Part shown: piece after piece, positions 22,100 to 32,100 of the stretch
Layout: each line of letters starts with the position of its first letter
Numbering within the stretch: position 1 is the first letter of the stretch
DNA from: Gemmatimonadota bacterium
Lineage (GTDB): Bacteria; Gemmatimonadota; Gemmatimonadetes; Gemmatimonadales; GWC2-71-9
Direction: 5' to 3'
Length of the DNA: 61,780 nucleotides
NCBI GenBank assembly: GCA_039586365.1
Contig: JBDHKN010000040.1
Location: forward strand, 1-61,780
The notes under the pieces: generated by a model
Databases searched by the model: none
What the model was told of the DNA's origin: nothing
What the model saw: the letters and a program-made list of their open reading frames with translations, nothing else
Translations under genes and position numbers: made by a program

Positions 22100-22837
22100 A
22101 TGTCGCCACGAGAGTACTGGGTAACCAGCCGCCAGCCGCGCTATAGCGTGCTGTTCGCGCTCCCGCTGCTAGTGCTCTATGAGGCGCTGGCTGCGGCGAT
22201 GTCGGGGTCAGCGTTCGCCGGGGTGCGCAATGGCGCCGACGTGTTGCTCAAGACCCTCTTTGTATCTCTGGGAGGCCGCGCCGGTGTGTTCGTCTTCGGC
22301 CTGCTGTTGCTGGGTGTGGGGGCGTTCGTGGTGGTGCGCGATCTGCGGAGCCATGGCGGTAGGCTCAACTCGCGGATCTTCGGCGGCATGTTTGCGGAGA
22401 GCGTAGTCTATGCGCTGCTGTTGGGTACCGTCGTGTCACTGCTCACCGCCTGGCTGCTGCAAGGTCCCCTTTACACCTTTCAAGCCCCGGCTCGGCAGAT
22501 ACCGCTGGGTACCCAACTCGTGGTTTCACTGGGAGCGGGTCTCTACGAGGAACTGCTGTTTCGAGTCTTGTTGGTGTGGGCTCTGGTTGCTCTCGCGGGA
22601 AGACTGGGCTGGGGCCGGCCGTTAGCCGTTGGATTCGGTGTGGTGGGAAGTGCCTTGATCTTCAGCGGATTTCACTACATCGGTCCACTAGGTGACCAGC
22701 TCACGCTCCCTTCGTTCACTTACCGAGCTGTTGCCGGCTTGTTGCTGAGTGGGCTGTATGTCGCTCGAGGTTTTGGGATCGTGGCGTGGACCCACGCGCT
22801 GTACGACGTCGGTGTGACGCTGCTGGGAACCGGCTGA
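22100..22837 (+). CDS. CPBP (CAAX/Abi) intramembrane metalloprotease
   Basis: EELLFR, FSGFH, HALYD motifs. Confidence 0.88.
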   Translation: MSPREYWVTSRQPRYSVLFALPLLVLYEALAAAMSGSAFAGVRNGADVLLKTLFVSLGGRAGVFVFGLLLLGVGAFVVVRDLRSHGGRLNSRIFGGMFAESVVYALLLGTVVSLLTAWLLQGPLYTFQAPARQIPLGTQLVVSLGAGLYEELLFRVLLVWALVALAGRLGWGRPLAVGFGVVGSALIFSGFHYIGPLGDQLTLPSFTYRAVAGLLLSGLYVARGFGIVAWTHALYDVGVTLLGTG

Positions 22838-22870
22838 AGTCGGGCACCCAACCATCCCTCACCGTCTCTC

Positions 22871-23581
22871 CTATCCACCGGTCTTCTCCACATGCAGCGA
22901 ATCGAGCAACTGTCTCCACAACTCTATCGACTGAGCACCGACCATCAAGCCGTCATCGATCACGAAAGATGGAGTGCTTCTGACGCCCTTCTGGAATAAG
23001 GCAACCGCTTCCGCTCGTACTAGCCACCGCAGCGCTCCGGTCTCGACACATCCCATGAGAACATCACGGTCAAGCCCCAGCGAGTCCACCAGGCTCAGGA
23101 AAAACTGTCCCGGGTTTGATGATCCTCCCCAGCGCTCCTGGTGGCGGAAGAGCAGGTCGTGAGTTGGCCAGAAGCGGTCCTGCTGAGCTGCGCACATCGC
23201 AAACTCGTGTGCTGCTGCGGCGTTGGGGTGCAGGTCGACTAGCGGAAGGTTGACGAAGACTAGCTGAGCCTTCCCTGTCTGGATGTACTCGACATCGAGC
23301 GTCGGCAGTATCTCCTCTACGAAGGTCCTGCAGTAGGAGCACTGAAAATCACTCGCCTCGTAGATCTTTATCGGGGCGGCGGGATCACCCTTGGTACGCT
23401 GCTCCAGGAGTGGGTCGGAGTCCTGCTGAACCGCGCCAACCGGCGCTTCGCTGGCTGCCGCCTGCCTGCGGATCGGTGCTTGGCTGCTGTCAGCGAGTGC
23501 CGCAGCGACGCCGGTGGTCGCTGCGGCGAAGGTCAGCAGGGCGGCGATTGATGGTCCGAGTCCGCAGCTAATCAACGTCAA
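22871..23581 (-). CDS. DsbA-family thioredoxin-fold protein
   Basis: SDFQCSYC; HPNA; GVRSTPSF. Confidence 0.88.
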   Translation of the reverse strand: MTLISCGLGPSIAALLTFAAATTGVAAALADSSQAPIRRQAAASEAPVGAVQQDSDPLLEQRTKGDPAAPIKIYEASDFQCSYCRTFVEEILPTLDVEYIQTGKAQLVFVNLPLVDLHPNAAAAHEFAMCAAQQDRFWPTHDLLFRHQERWGGSSNPGQFFLSLVDSLGLDRDVLMGCVETGALRWLVRAEAVALFQKGVRSTPSFVIDDGLMVGAQSIELWRQLLDSLHVEKTGG

Positions 23582-24363
23582 TGTCTCCAGCGGCTGAGAC
23601 TGTTGCTCTCGGTTAGGGGAATCCTTCGCGGACCCAATCTGCTAATGACCACTCCCACGTTCCAGTACCGCTCGCTGAATGGGTTGTCTTCGTCCCGCAT
23701 GCGGGCGACGAGCCACCAGGGTCCGGGTTCCAGCACCAATGCCAACCGACCCTCCGCATCGGTGACTCCTTCTAGGGGTTCACGGCCGGAACGGGCCAGT
23801 GCGGAGTCGGCCAGAACAGGGAAATCGGCGTATGCTTCACTCTCCCATATGCGCAGTGAGTCCGCCGCATCCGATGCGCGGAGTGCCAGATCTCGATCGT
23901 CGCCCATCTGCTCCCGAAATGCTACGTCTCGCTCTGCCTGGCGCTGGGCCAGGCGGCGGTACTGCTGGCGTAGCCGTTCGTACGCTGCGGCGTATCCCGG
24001 TGTTGCCGGCGGCACTAGGCTGAGGGAATCGGCCAAGCGTTTCACGCTGTCTCGCGTCGCCCTCCATGAAGTCCCAATCTCGTGGAGCTGTTCCGCCCCG
24101 GGCCGGCGGTACGCGGCCATTTCAGCCTGCAGTTCAGGGAATGTAGGGCGTGGCTGGCTCGCGGCACGGGTCAAGGAGTCAGTGATTCGATCCGGATCGA
24201 ACGGCAGAGATAGTATCTCCAGGCCGACGATGGGCTCACCTTCAGCTAGAAACGCGTGGATGCCCACGCTGGTGCCCGCGCCGGAACAGGCGCCCATCGC
24301 AATTGCCCAGCAGGCAGCAGTCACCGAGCGCAGAACGAGCCTAGGGTTGCAGCAGCGTATCAC
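23578..24363 (-). CDS. Hypothetical lipoprotein
   Basis: Lipobox-like MGAC; coiled central region; 4-nt overlap with next gene. Confidence 0.7.
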   Translation of the reverse strand: MIRCCNPRLVLRSVTAACWAIAMGACSGAGTSVGIHAFLAEGEPIVGLEILSLPFDPDRITDSLTRAASQPRPTFPELQAEMAAYRRPGAEQLHEIGTSWRATRDSVKRLADSLSLVPPATPGYAAAYERLRQQYRRLAQRQAERDVAFREQMGDDRDLALRASDAADSLRIWESEAYADFPVLADSALARSGREPLEGVTDAEGRLALVLEPGPWWLVARMRDEDNPFSERYWNVGVVISRLGPRRIPLTESNSLSRWRH

Positions 24364-24377
24364 GGCGCCATAAAGTA

Positions 24378-24401
24378 ACCCCGGGGGGAAGCCCCGGGGG
24401 T
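24378..24401. terminator. GC-rich hairpin after the M23 gene
   Basis: ACCCCGGGG-GGAAG-CCCCGGGG; similar hairpin at ~61480-61502. Confidence 0.45.
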
Positions 24402-24443
24402 ACAGGCAGCCTGGTTGACAAGCGTACAGCTATGGCCTGGTTC

Positions 24444-25373
24444 TCAGTCGATGATGGACTTGGGCAAGATGTACTTGGTAGGGTTCACCGGTCTGCCGTT
24501 TTCGAGTACTTCGTAGTGCAAATGCGGCGCAGTAGCTATGCCGCTGTTGCCGACTTCCGCGATCTTCTCGCCCCGCTTGACGCTCTGGCCGATATGGACT
24601 ACGGCACGCGAGCAGTGTGCGTACCGCGTGACCAGGCCGTGGCCGTGGTTGACGGCGACCATCAATCCGTAGCCGCCGTTGGTGAAGACATTGGTCACGG
24701 TTCCGTCAGCGGCGGCCAGGATCGGAGTCCCAATCGGCGCGGCCACGTCGATTCCCGGGTGCGGCAATTCCTCATGGAAGATCGGGTGCATTCTCAGTTC
24801 CGACCATCCACTTGTACGCCAGCCCTGGGTAGGGAGTATCGACGGCATGTGGAGCAGCATGTCGACTTTCGTCTCCAGGCTCTCTGCGGCGGCATCGAAT
24901 GAGTTGGCGAGTAGGCTCGTGCGCCGGAGCAGCGCCTCCAAGTCGGTACCGAGCCGGAGTACCCCCTGACCCGCCGGGCCTTCCGATAGAATCTGCTCTC
25001 GCTCAGTCCAGGCCCCGACCGGACCACCGATACCTGCCAGGCGGACGTCAGGATCCACTGGTTCCAATCCCGCCAGGAGACGTACCTGCTCGTCCTTCTC
25101 TGCGATGACCGCTAGCGAGTCGCTGATTATGGCCATCAGATCATTCGACCGGCTCAACTCTTCGGTAAGCAGTTCGTTACGGCGCTCAAGCCGATCGAGG
25201 TTCTTGAGGGCGACAGCTTTGGATACAGCGAAATAGCCGACGGCAAACGCAGCAATCACGATCGCCGCACAGGTACCGATCAAAGACTTCATGACTCGTG
25301 GCGACACACCAACGGATCTGGATTGTCCAGTTCCGGGTGGAACGACCATGACTGTCCAGTGACGACGCGACAT
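24444..25373 (-). CDS. M23-family metallopeptidase
   Basis: HPGID, YAH, PHLHYEV; N-terminal TM and coiled coil. Confidence 0.93.
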   Translation of the reverse strand: MSRRHWTVMVVPPGTGQSRSVGVSPRVMKSLIGTCAAIVIAAFAVGYFAVSKAVALKNLDRLERRNELLTEELSRSNDLMAIISDSLAVIAEKDEQVRLLAGLEPVDPDVRLAGIGGPVGAWTEREQILSEGPAGQGVLRLGTDLEALLRRTSLLANSFDAAAESLETKVDMLLHMPSILPTQGWRTSGWSELRMHPIFHEELPHPGIDVAAPIGTPILAAADGTVTNVFTNGGYGLMVAVNHGHGLVTRYAHCSRAVVHIGQSVKRGEKIAEVGNSGIATAPHLHYEVLENGRPVNPTKYILPKSIID

Positions 25374-25546
25374 GTAGATTCCTCGTCCCGCGTGCAAATA
25401 TGGCTTGTTGCGTGCCTTGTGGCCCTTGGGGAAACCTAGCCTCTCGGGAGGGCAGATACAGTGACCTGCCTCACTCCCACATTATCGACTACAAGGACCC
25501 GCTATTGCGCCGCCGAATGGGGGTTTGGGGTGCAACGCTGCGGAAG

Positions 25547-25576
25547 AAGATAGATCCGCGGTTCAAACGATGTCAA
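25547..25576 (-). promoter_or_regulatory. Sigma-70 promoter of the M23 gene
   Basis: TTGACA-18 nt-TATCTT. Confidence 0.55.
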
Positions 25577-25628
25577 GCCGATTGGAAAGTTCCGGGGCGG
25601 CAACCGTAACTTTGTGCCAAATGAACAC

Positions 25629-27158
25629 TTAGGTAATCGTCGCTGGTTTGGGAAACAGCGGTGTCAGTTTGGTTACCGCGCGTCCCGATGTAGGGGGCTC
25701 CACCAGGTCTTGCCACTTCGCTTCCGTCACTATGCCCGGCAGGCCGAGAGCCTGCCAGACCGACTGAGCTTTGCTGGGCATGAACGGAGCCGCCATGATA
25801 GTGACGCGGCAGAGCGCGCGTGCTAGAGCGGCTAGCACCAAGGCTAGTTCGTCGCCCTTGTTCTCCTTGGCGAGTGTCCAAGGAGCGCGTTCCTCCACGA
25901 ATTGATTGGCTCGCCCAACCAGTCGCCATGCTGCCGTGCCACCATCATGAACCAGGTGCGCATCCATTGCGATTTCGTACTCTGCGATGCACTGGTCGCC
26001 GGCCCGGTCGAGTTCCGCCTCTATTCCGGACCTGGGAACGACTCCGCCAACGTACCGCTTGATCATAGCTAGAATCCGACTGGCGAGGTTCCCGTACCCG
26101 TCAGCAAGCTCGGAGGTGTAGCGGGTATCGAAACGCTCCAAACTGAAGTTCCCATCAGCATCCCAGGGTACTTCGCGCAGCAGGAAATACCTCAGAGCAT
26201 CGGGACCATGTCTATCGATGGCCTCACGCAGCGTCAGCGTCACCCCAGCGCTCTTGGAGAGGCGGGCATCCGAGACCTTGACCCAACCGTGGCACCAGAC
26301 GCCACCTGGCACGGGCAGGTCGGCTGCCAGCAACATCGCCGGCCAGAAGGCGGCATGGAACCGGAGAATATCGGGACCGATTACGTGCAGGTCGGCAGGC
26401 CACATCTCATCATATCCTGCATCGGGGAAACCGGTGGCCGACAGGTAGTTGATCAGTGCCTCGAACCACACGTACACTGTATGGCTGTCGTCGCCCGGCC
26501 ACGGAATGCCCCAAGGCACACTCGCCCTGCTTGCGGACATCGCATAGTCCCGATCCCACTCAGCTACGACGTTACGAACTTCATTCGATTTTGCCTTTGG
26601 TCTGACGAAATCAGCACCACTCTCTCGCGGCTCGAAAAACTCGAGTAACTTGTCTCGAAAGGCACCTAGCTTGAAGAAGAAGTTCGGTTCCTCGACCCAT
26701 TTGATGGCCCTCGTTGGGTGTTCCGGGCACTTCCCGTCGACCAGGTCCTTGTCCAGCTTGAACGCTTCACAACCCACGCAGTAGAAGCCGCTGTATACCC
26801 CCTTCTCGACATAGCCTGCTGCTTGGATCCGTCGCCACAGTTCGTTGACTGCGCGCTTGTGTCGTGCTTCGGTAGTACGGATGAAGTCGGTATTGCTGAT
26901 GGCCAACTCTTCCCACGCCGCCATGAATTCCGCGGCAATACCGTCAACCCAGCTTTGGGGATCGGTCTCTTGCTCTTCGGCTGCTTGCGCCACTTTCCAA
27001 CCGTGCTCGTCCATCCCGATGACGAAGTGAACTTGCTGACCGCGCAACCGTCGGTAGCGAGCTATGCAATCAGCTCCGATCTTCTCGAACGCGTGGCCCA
27101 GATGGGGACTGCCGTTGGAATAGTCTATGGCGGTCGTGATGTAGAACTTGTCAACCAC
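25629..27158 (-). CDS. metG: Methionine--tRNA ligase (short form)
   Basis: FYITTAIDY..HLGH; GMDEHG; CxxC...CPEH; RLSKS. Confidence 0.95.
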   Translation of the reverse strand: MVDKFYITTAIDYSNGSPHLGHAFEKIGADCIARYRRLRGQQVHFVIGMDEHGWKVAQAAEEQETDPQSWVDGIAAEFMAAWEELAISNTDFIRTTEARHKRAVNELWRRIQAAGYVEKGVYSGFYCVGCEAFKLDKDLVDGKCPEHPTRAIKWVEEPNFFFKLGAFRDKLLEFFEPRESGADFVRPKAKSNEVRNVVAEWDRDYAMSASRASVPWGIPWPGDDSHTVYVWFEALINYLSATGFPDAGYDEMWPADLHVIGPDILRFHAAFWPAMLLAADLPVPGGVWCHGWVKVSDARLSKSAGVTLTLREAIDRHGPDALRYFLLREVPWDADGNFSLERFDTRYTSELADGYGNLASRILAMIKRYVGGVVPRSGIEAELDRAGDQCIAEYEIAMDAHLVHDGGTAAWRLVGRANQFVEERAPWTLAKENKGDELALVLAALARALCRVTIMAAPFMPSKAQSVWQALGLPGIVTEAKWQDLVEPPTSGRAVTKLTPLFPKPATIT

Positions 27159-28215
27159 GTCGTTCCTCTCCATCGGCCTCGGCGTCACTGTCGCCGTTCG
27201 GTTGCTCAGTCGGGCTCCTACCCCGGCCGCGGTGTCGTCCCCGTTTCTTGCGGCGGCGGCGTCTCCGGGGTGTTACTGCCTCTGCCGCCCTTTCGGTGGT
27301 GATCTGTGTCTCACTTTCCTCGAACGTCACCAGCGCGGATGGCGGTGTCGGCTGCTGCCTATCCACCGTAACATCAGCAGACTCCACTTCTCGCTTGAGG
27401 TCCGCGAGTGCTATCGCGCGGGTCGTACCGTCTTCCGCGCGCAGCAGTATACGCTCGTGAAAAATGTCCACTGCCGTGACGGTCTCGGCTCCCAGGGTGG
27501 TGCGAATGGTGCGCCCCTCCTTGGGAAAACGCTTGCGGCTGGTGACGTAGAACTCGTGTTCGTAACGGAGGCAACACAATAATCGCCCGCAGCCACCGGA
27601 AATCTGAGATGGGTTGAGCGACAGGCGTTGGTCCTTAGCCAACGCGAGACTCACGGGCTTGAGTTCTGGCAGCCAGGACGAACAGCAATACTGCCTGCCG
27701 CACCGTCCGATACCATCCAGACGCTTGGCCTCGTCCCGCGCGCCGATTTGTCGCAGTTCGATGCGGGTGCGGAACAGACTCGCCAGGTCACGCACGAGCG
27801 CCCGGAAGTCGACCCGCTTTTCCGCCGTGAAATAGACCGTTAGCTTCTTACGATCCCATTGCCACTCGGAGTCGGATACCTTCATGTCCAATCCGTGAGA
27901 TTCCACGCGCTCGACTACCTTGCGACGTACGTCTTCTTCCGCCTTGCGTAGTTCGTCTATCAGGTGTGAGTCTTCGGAGGAGGCTTCGCGCAGGACCTTC
28001 CCTACGGGTTCTTGAGTGGCGGCCCGGGCGCAGCCCGCGCATCCGCCACCGCATTTGCGTTCAGCCATCTCCCCCACGGCCGACACGACACCGAGATCGT
28101 GACCCCGTTCGACCTCGACGACGACCGAGCTACCGGGCGAAATGGGCGATTGGCTCTCCCAGCAGAAGAAATCTCTGCGGTTGCCCTTGAACCGAACTTC
28201 GACTAGATCCGGCAA
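27151..28215 (-). CDS. PSP1 / RicT (YaaT) family protein
   Basis: RVDFRALVRDLASLFRTRIELRQIG; CGRQYCC; SGGCGRLLCCLRYE. Confidence 0.92.
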   Translation of the reverse strand: MPDLVEVRFKGNRRDFFCWESQSPISPGSSVVVEVERGHDLGVVSAVGEMAERKCGGGCAGCARAATQEPVGKVLREASSEDSHLIDELRKAEEDVRRKVVERVESHGLDMKVSDSEWQWDRKKLTVYFTAEKRVDFRALVRDLASLFRTRIELRQIGARDEAKRLDGIGRCGRQYCCSSWLPELKPVSLALAKDQRLSLNPSQISGGCGRLLCCLRYEHEFYVTSRKRFPKEGRTIRTTLGAETVTAVDIFHERILLRAEDGTTRAIALADLKREVESADVTVDRQQPTPPSALVTFEESETQITTERAAEAVTPRRRRRRKKRGRHRGRGRSPTEQPNGDSDAEADGEERRG

Positions 28216-28216
28216 A

Positions 28217-29179
28217 TCAGCCCTCGGAAAAGCGGCCCATCTTGAGGTACTTCTCAATGCGGAGGCGGACTAGCTTTTCCGGCTTCAACTTGACGACTTC
28301 GGCCACGTTCCTTGCCAAGACTTCCTTGAGGGAAGCGGCAGCCGCTGTGGGGTCGGCGTGCGCACCACCCGCTGGTTCAGGTACTATCTCATCGATCAAC
28401 TCGAGCTTCAGCAGATCGTGACTGGTGATCTTGAGGGATTCCGCCGCTCGATCCGCCAGTGCGGCGTCCTTCCACAGAATTGCCGCACAGCCTTCTGGTG
28501 AGATCACCGAGTACACCGAGTTCTCGAGCATTAGGACTCTGTCGGCCAAGCCCAGAGCGAGGGCGCCGCCAGAGCCCCCCTCGCCGATTATCACTGCAAC
28601 GATCGGCGTCCGCAGTGACGCCATATCCTCGAGGTTACGCGCGATGGCTTCGGCTTGGCCTCGCTCCTCAGCTCCCAATCCGGGATACGCACCCATGGTG
28701 TCGATGAGCGTAACGACTGGGGCGTGGAATCGTTCGGCCACATGCATGAGACGCAGCGCCTTGCGGTAACCTTCGGGGTGTGCCATCCCGAAGTTGCGTC
28801 TGAGGTTCTCCTTCGTGTCCCGACCTTTTTGCTGGCCGATCACTACTATGGGGCGGCCCTCGATTCTAGCCCATCCTGCGACAATCGCAGGGTCGTCCCG
28901 GAACAGCCGATCCCCCCTGAGCTCAACAAACCCGGTGAACGCGGCCTTGATATAGTCAAGCGCATATGGTCGTTGGGGGTGCCGTGCCACCTGCACTCGC
29001 TGTATCGGAGATAGCTGGCGGTAGATGTCGCGGCGCAGGTCGGCCAGCTTGGCATCAAGCGGCTCAATTTCCTCCTGCACATCGAGCTGGCGGTCTGCCG
29101 CGAGGCGTTTGAGGTGAGCGATCTGCCGCTCAAGCTCGACAATCGGTTTTTCGAAGCTGGGGTGTGTCAGTTTGGCCAC
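28217..29179 (-). CDS. accA: Acetyl-CoA carboxylase carboxyltransferase alpha
   Basis: FEKPI; ARHPQRP; GEGGSGGAL; SVISPEGCAAILW. Confidence 0.97.
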   Translation of the reverse strand: MAKLTHPSFEKPIVELERQIAHLKRLAADRQLDVQEEIEPLDAKLADLRRDIYRQLSPIQRVQVARHPQRPYALDYIKAAFTGFVELRGDRLFRDDPAIVAGWARIEGRPIVVIGQQKGRDTKENLRRNFGMAHPEGYRKALRLMHVAERFHAPVVTLIDTMGAYPGLGAEERGQAEAIARNLEDMASLRTPIVAVIIGEGGSGGALALGLADRVLMLENSVYSVISPEGCAAILWKDAALADRAAESLKITSHDLLKLELIDEIVPEPAGGAHADPTAAAASLKEVLARNVAEVVKLKPEKLVRLRIEKYLKMGRFSEG

Positions 29180-29187
29180 TGCCGTGC

Positions 29188-32100
29188 CTATCTCGCTTTC
29201 ACTAACCGAACCTGGTTGGTGCCTACCAGGTCGCGCAGGGCGCTCAGGAACCCATCATCCAACTGGACTCGGACTTTCTTGGAGCGCAGTAAGGCCGTAT
29301 TCCCATTCCCGCCACTCCATTCTACATACATCGGAGCTGGGCCAGGATGAGCCGAACAGAGTGCCGCGACGCCACGGGCAACCTCACGATCTGCGGTGAC
29401 GTCACTATCCCACACCAGGGTGACTCCGACTGCACCGGAGGCACGCAGATCCGAGAGGGGTAGTGCTGCCTCGACAATGAATGGGGCGCGCTCTTCTCCA
29501 CGATCCCTGGCGCTGTAGGTGCCGGTGAGGAGCAAGGCAGCGTCCGGCACTATGACTTCCGACAGCCTGCTCCAGGTGTCGGGAAAAACTAATGCTTCTG
29601 CCGTGCCGTGAAAGTCCTCCACCGTCAGCCGGGCGTACTCAGATCCGGTCTTGCGGCTGATTCTCCGCTTGACGGCTGTCACGACTACCGCGGCGTCGAC
29701 CTGGTGATCACTCCAGGTGCTCAGTGTGGCCGTAGTGCGGGAACTGAAGAGCCTGGCCTCTTCCCGAAACCGCTCGAGTGGGTGGCCTGAGATGAAGAAG
29801 CCAATGACTTCCTTCTCTTTGGCGAGACGCTCCGCCTCTGACCAAGGCTCGACCAGGGGCAGCGTAGCCGCGGCTGCGGTCGACTCTTCACCGCTGTCTT
29901 CTCCAAACAACGTGACTTGCCCCGCGTTGCGTTCCGCTTGGCGAACCTGTGCCTCAGCGTATGCAGAATCCACAGCGGCCAACAGCTGTGCCCGGTGTCC
30001 ACCAAACTGATCCAGAGCCCCTGCGGCGATTAGAGACTCGATCACGCGTTTGTTACAGAGCCTGAGGTCTATGCGATCGCAGAAATCGGTCAGGGCGGAA
30101 TACGAACCACTGCAATCCCGCGACTTGATGATCGATTCTATTGCTGTACGGCCGACGTGTCGTATGGCACCGAGTCCGAACCGGATCTGCTTGTCTCCCG
30201 TGACCGTGAACTTCCACCCCGATTCATTAACTGATGGAGGCAACACCTCGATACCGAGTTCTCGAGCTTCGTTGATATACGAAACGACTTTGTCAGTATC
30301 GCCGATTTCCGAGGACAACAAAGCGGCCATGTATTCAGCCGCATAGTTGACCTTGAGCCAGGCTGTCTGGAAAGAGATGATGCTGTATGCTACGGAGTGG
30401 GATTTGTTGAACCCATAGCGGCCGAACGTCTGGATCTGGGCAGCGATGTCTTCAACTACCCTGCGGTCATGACCGTGCTCCACGCAGCGCTCCACGAAAT
30501 GCCGCAGCTCCCGTTCGATCAGCTCCGAGTCCTTCTTGCCGACGGCTTTGCGCAACACGTCCGCTTCAGCGAGTGTGAAGCCAGCAAGCACGTTGGCTAT
30601 CCGCATCACCTGCTCCTGGTAGAGGATCACGCCGTAAGTCGGCTGCAATACCTCGCGGAGGTCGGGATGAGGGTAAGTGACATCCTCTTGCCCCCGCTTG
30701 CGACGGATGAACACATGGTGCATGCCGGAATCGAGCGGGCCAGGGCGCACCAGAGCGTTGGTTGCAACTAGGTCGTCGAACCGGTCGGCATGGAGCTGGT
30801 AGAGCATGTCGGTGCCAAGGGCCGATTCGAACTGGAACACACCGGCCGTTCGACCGCTGCGCAGGAGTTCGTAGACCCCCGGATCGTCCAGGTCGATGGT
30901 GTCGAAGTCGATCTCGACGCCGTGCCGTTCGCGAATCATCTGAGTGGCGTCGTGGATGACGGTGAGTGTCTTGAGGCCCAGGAAGTCCATCTTCAACATG
31001 CCGATCTGCTCCAGACCGATCATGTCGAACTGCGTTATTAGAGACTCTTCTCCATCACCTCCCGCTGTGGATCCTCTTTGGGGGGGAGTGCATACGGGTA
31101 CGTACTCATCGAGCGGACCCGGTGCTATCACGACACCGGCCGCGTGAACGGAGGCGTGGCGCGAAAGTCCTTCGATGCGCTGTGCCAAATCCACCAGCCG
31201 TCTGATCGTATGGTCTTCTTCGACCAGCTGCACGAGTTCTGGAACCTTCTGGGCCGCTTCGGCTACGGAGAGCGAATAGGCTGGGCCGGTCGGTATCAAT
31301 TTGGCGATCCTGTCGGCGTCTGCCGGACTGACACCGAGGACTCTTGCCAGGTCCCGCACTGCGGCTCGGGCCTTGAGGGTCCCGAAAGTGATTATCTGAC
31401 CAACACTCTTGTGTCCATAGCGCTCGCGCACGTATTCGATGACCTCTCCACGCCGCTCGAAGCAGAAATCCACGTCGATGTCAGGCATGGAGACGCGCTC
31501 CGGGTTGAGGAAGCGCTCAAATAGCAGATCGAAGCGGAGGGGGTCGACATTGGTGATGCAAAGTCCGTATGCCACCAGTGAGCCCGCCGCCGAACCGCGT
31601 CCCGGCCCGACGGGAATACCTTGTTCGCGGGCAGCGCGTATGAAGTCGTGTACGATGAGGAAATACCCGGCATACCCGAGTTTGGTGATGGTCCTGAGTT
31701 CGTACTCCAGGCGTTCGCTGGCAACGGCCGGTAGTGGTGTGCCGTAACGCTGCTCGGCGCCCGCGGTCGCTAGCTCGATAAGCAGATCGTTTTCCGACTT
31801 CGAGTCATCGGGCCGGGGGAATTCAGGTAGGAAGTAGCGCTTCTCGAAATCGAACTCACACAGATTGGCGACATCCTGCGTGTTGTCGATCAGCTGGGGG
31901 AGGTCGGGGAATAACTCAGCCATTTCCGCGGGCGACTTCACATAGCTCTCTTGTCCGTAGAAGCGAAACCGGTTCGGGTCGTCTAGATCCTTCCCCGTAC
32001 CGATTGCCAGAACGCAGTCGTGGGCCTCGTGATCTTCCCGTTGCAGGTAGTGGGCGTCGTTGGTAGCGACGATGGGTAAGCCTAGGTCGTCTGAGAGCCG

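Noticed and set aside
23603..24373. 256-aa + strand ORF and similar long antisense ORFs (41875-42558, 36379-37161, 7517-8191)
   Set aside because: Shadow ORFs opposite real genes, expected at high GC
24378..24401. REP family from the CCCCGGGG hairpins (also ~61480-61502)
   Set aside because: Only two loosely similar copies, both just after stop codons; best read as terminators
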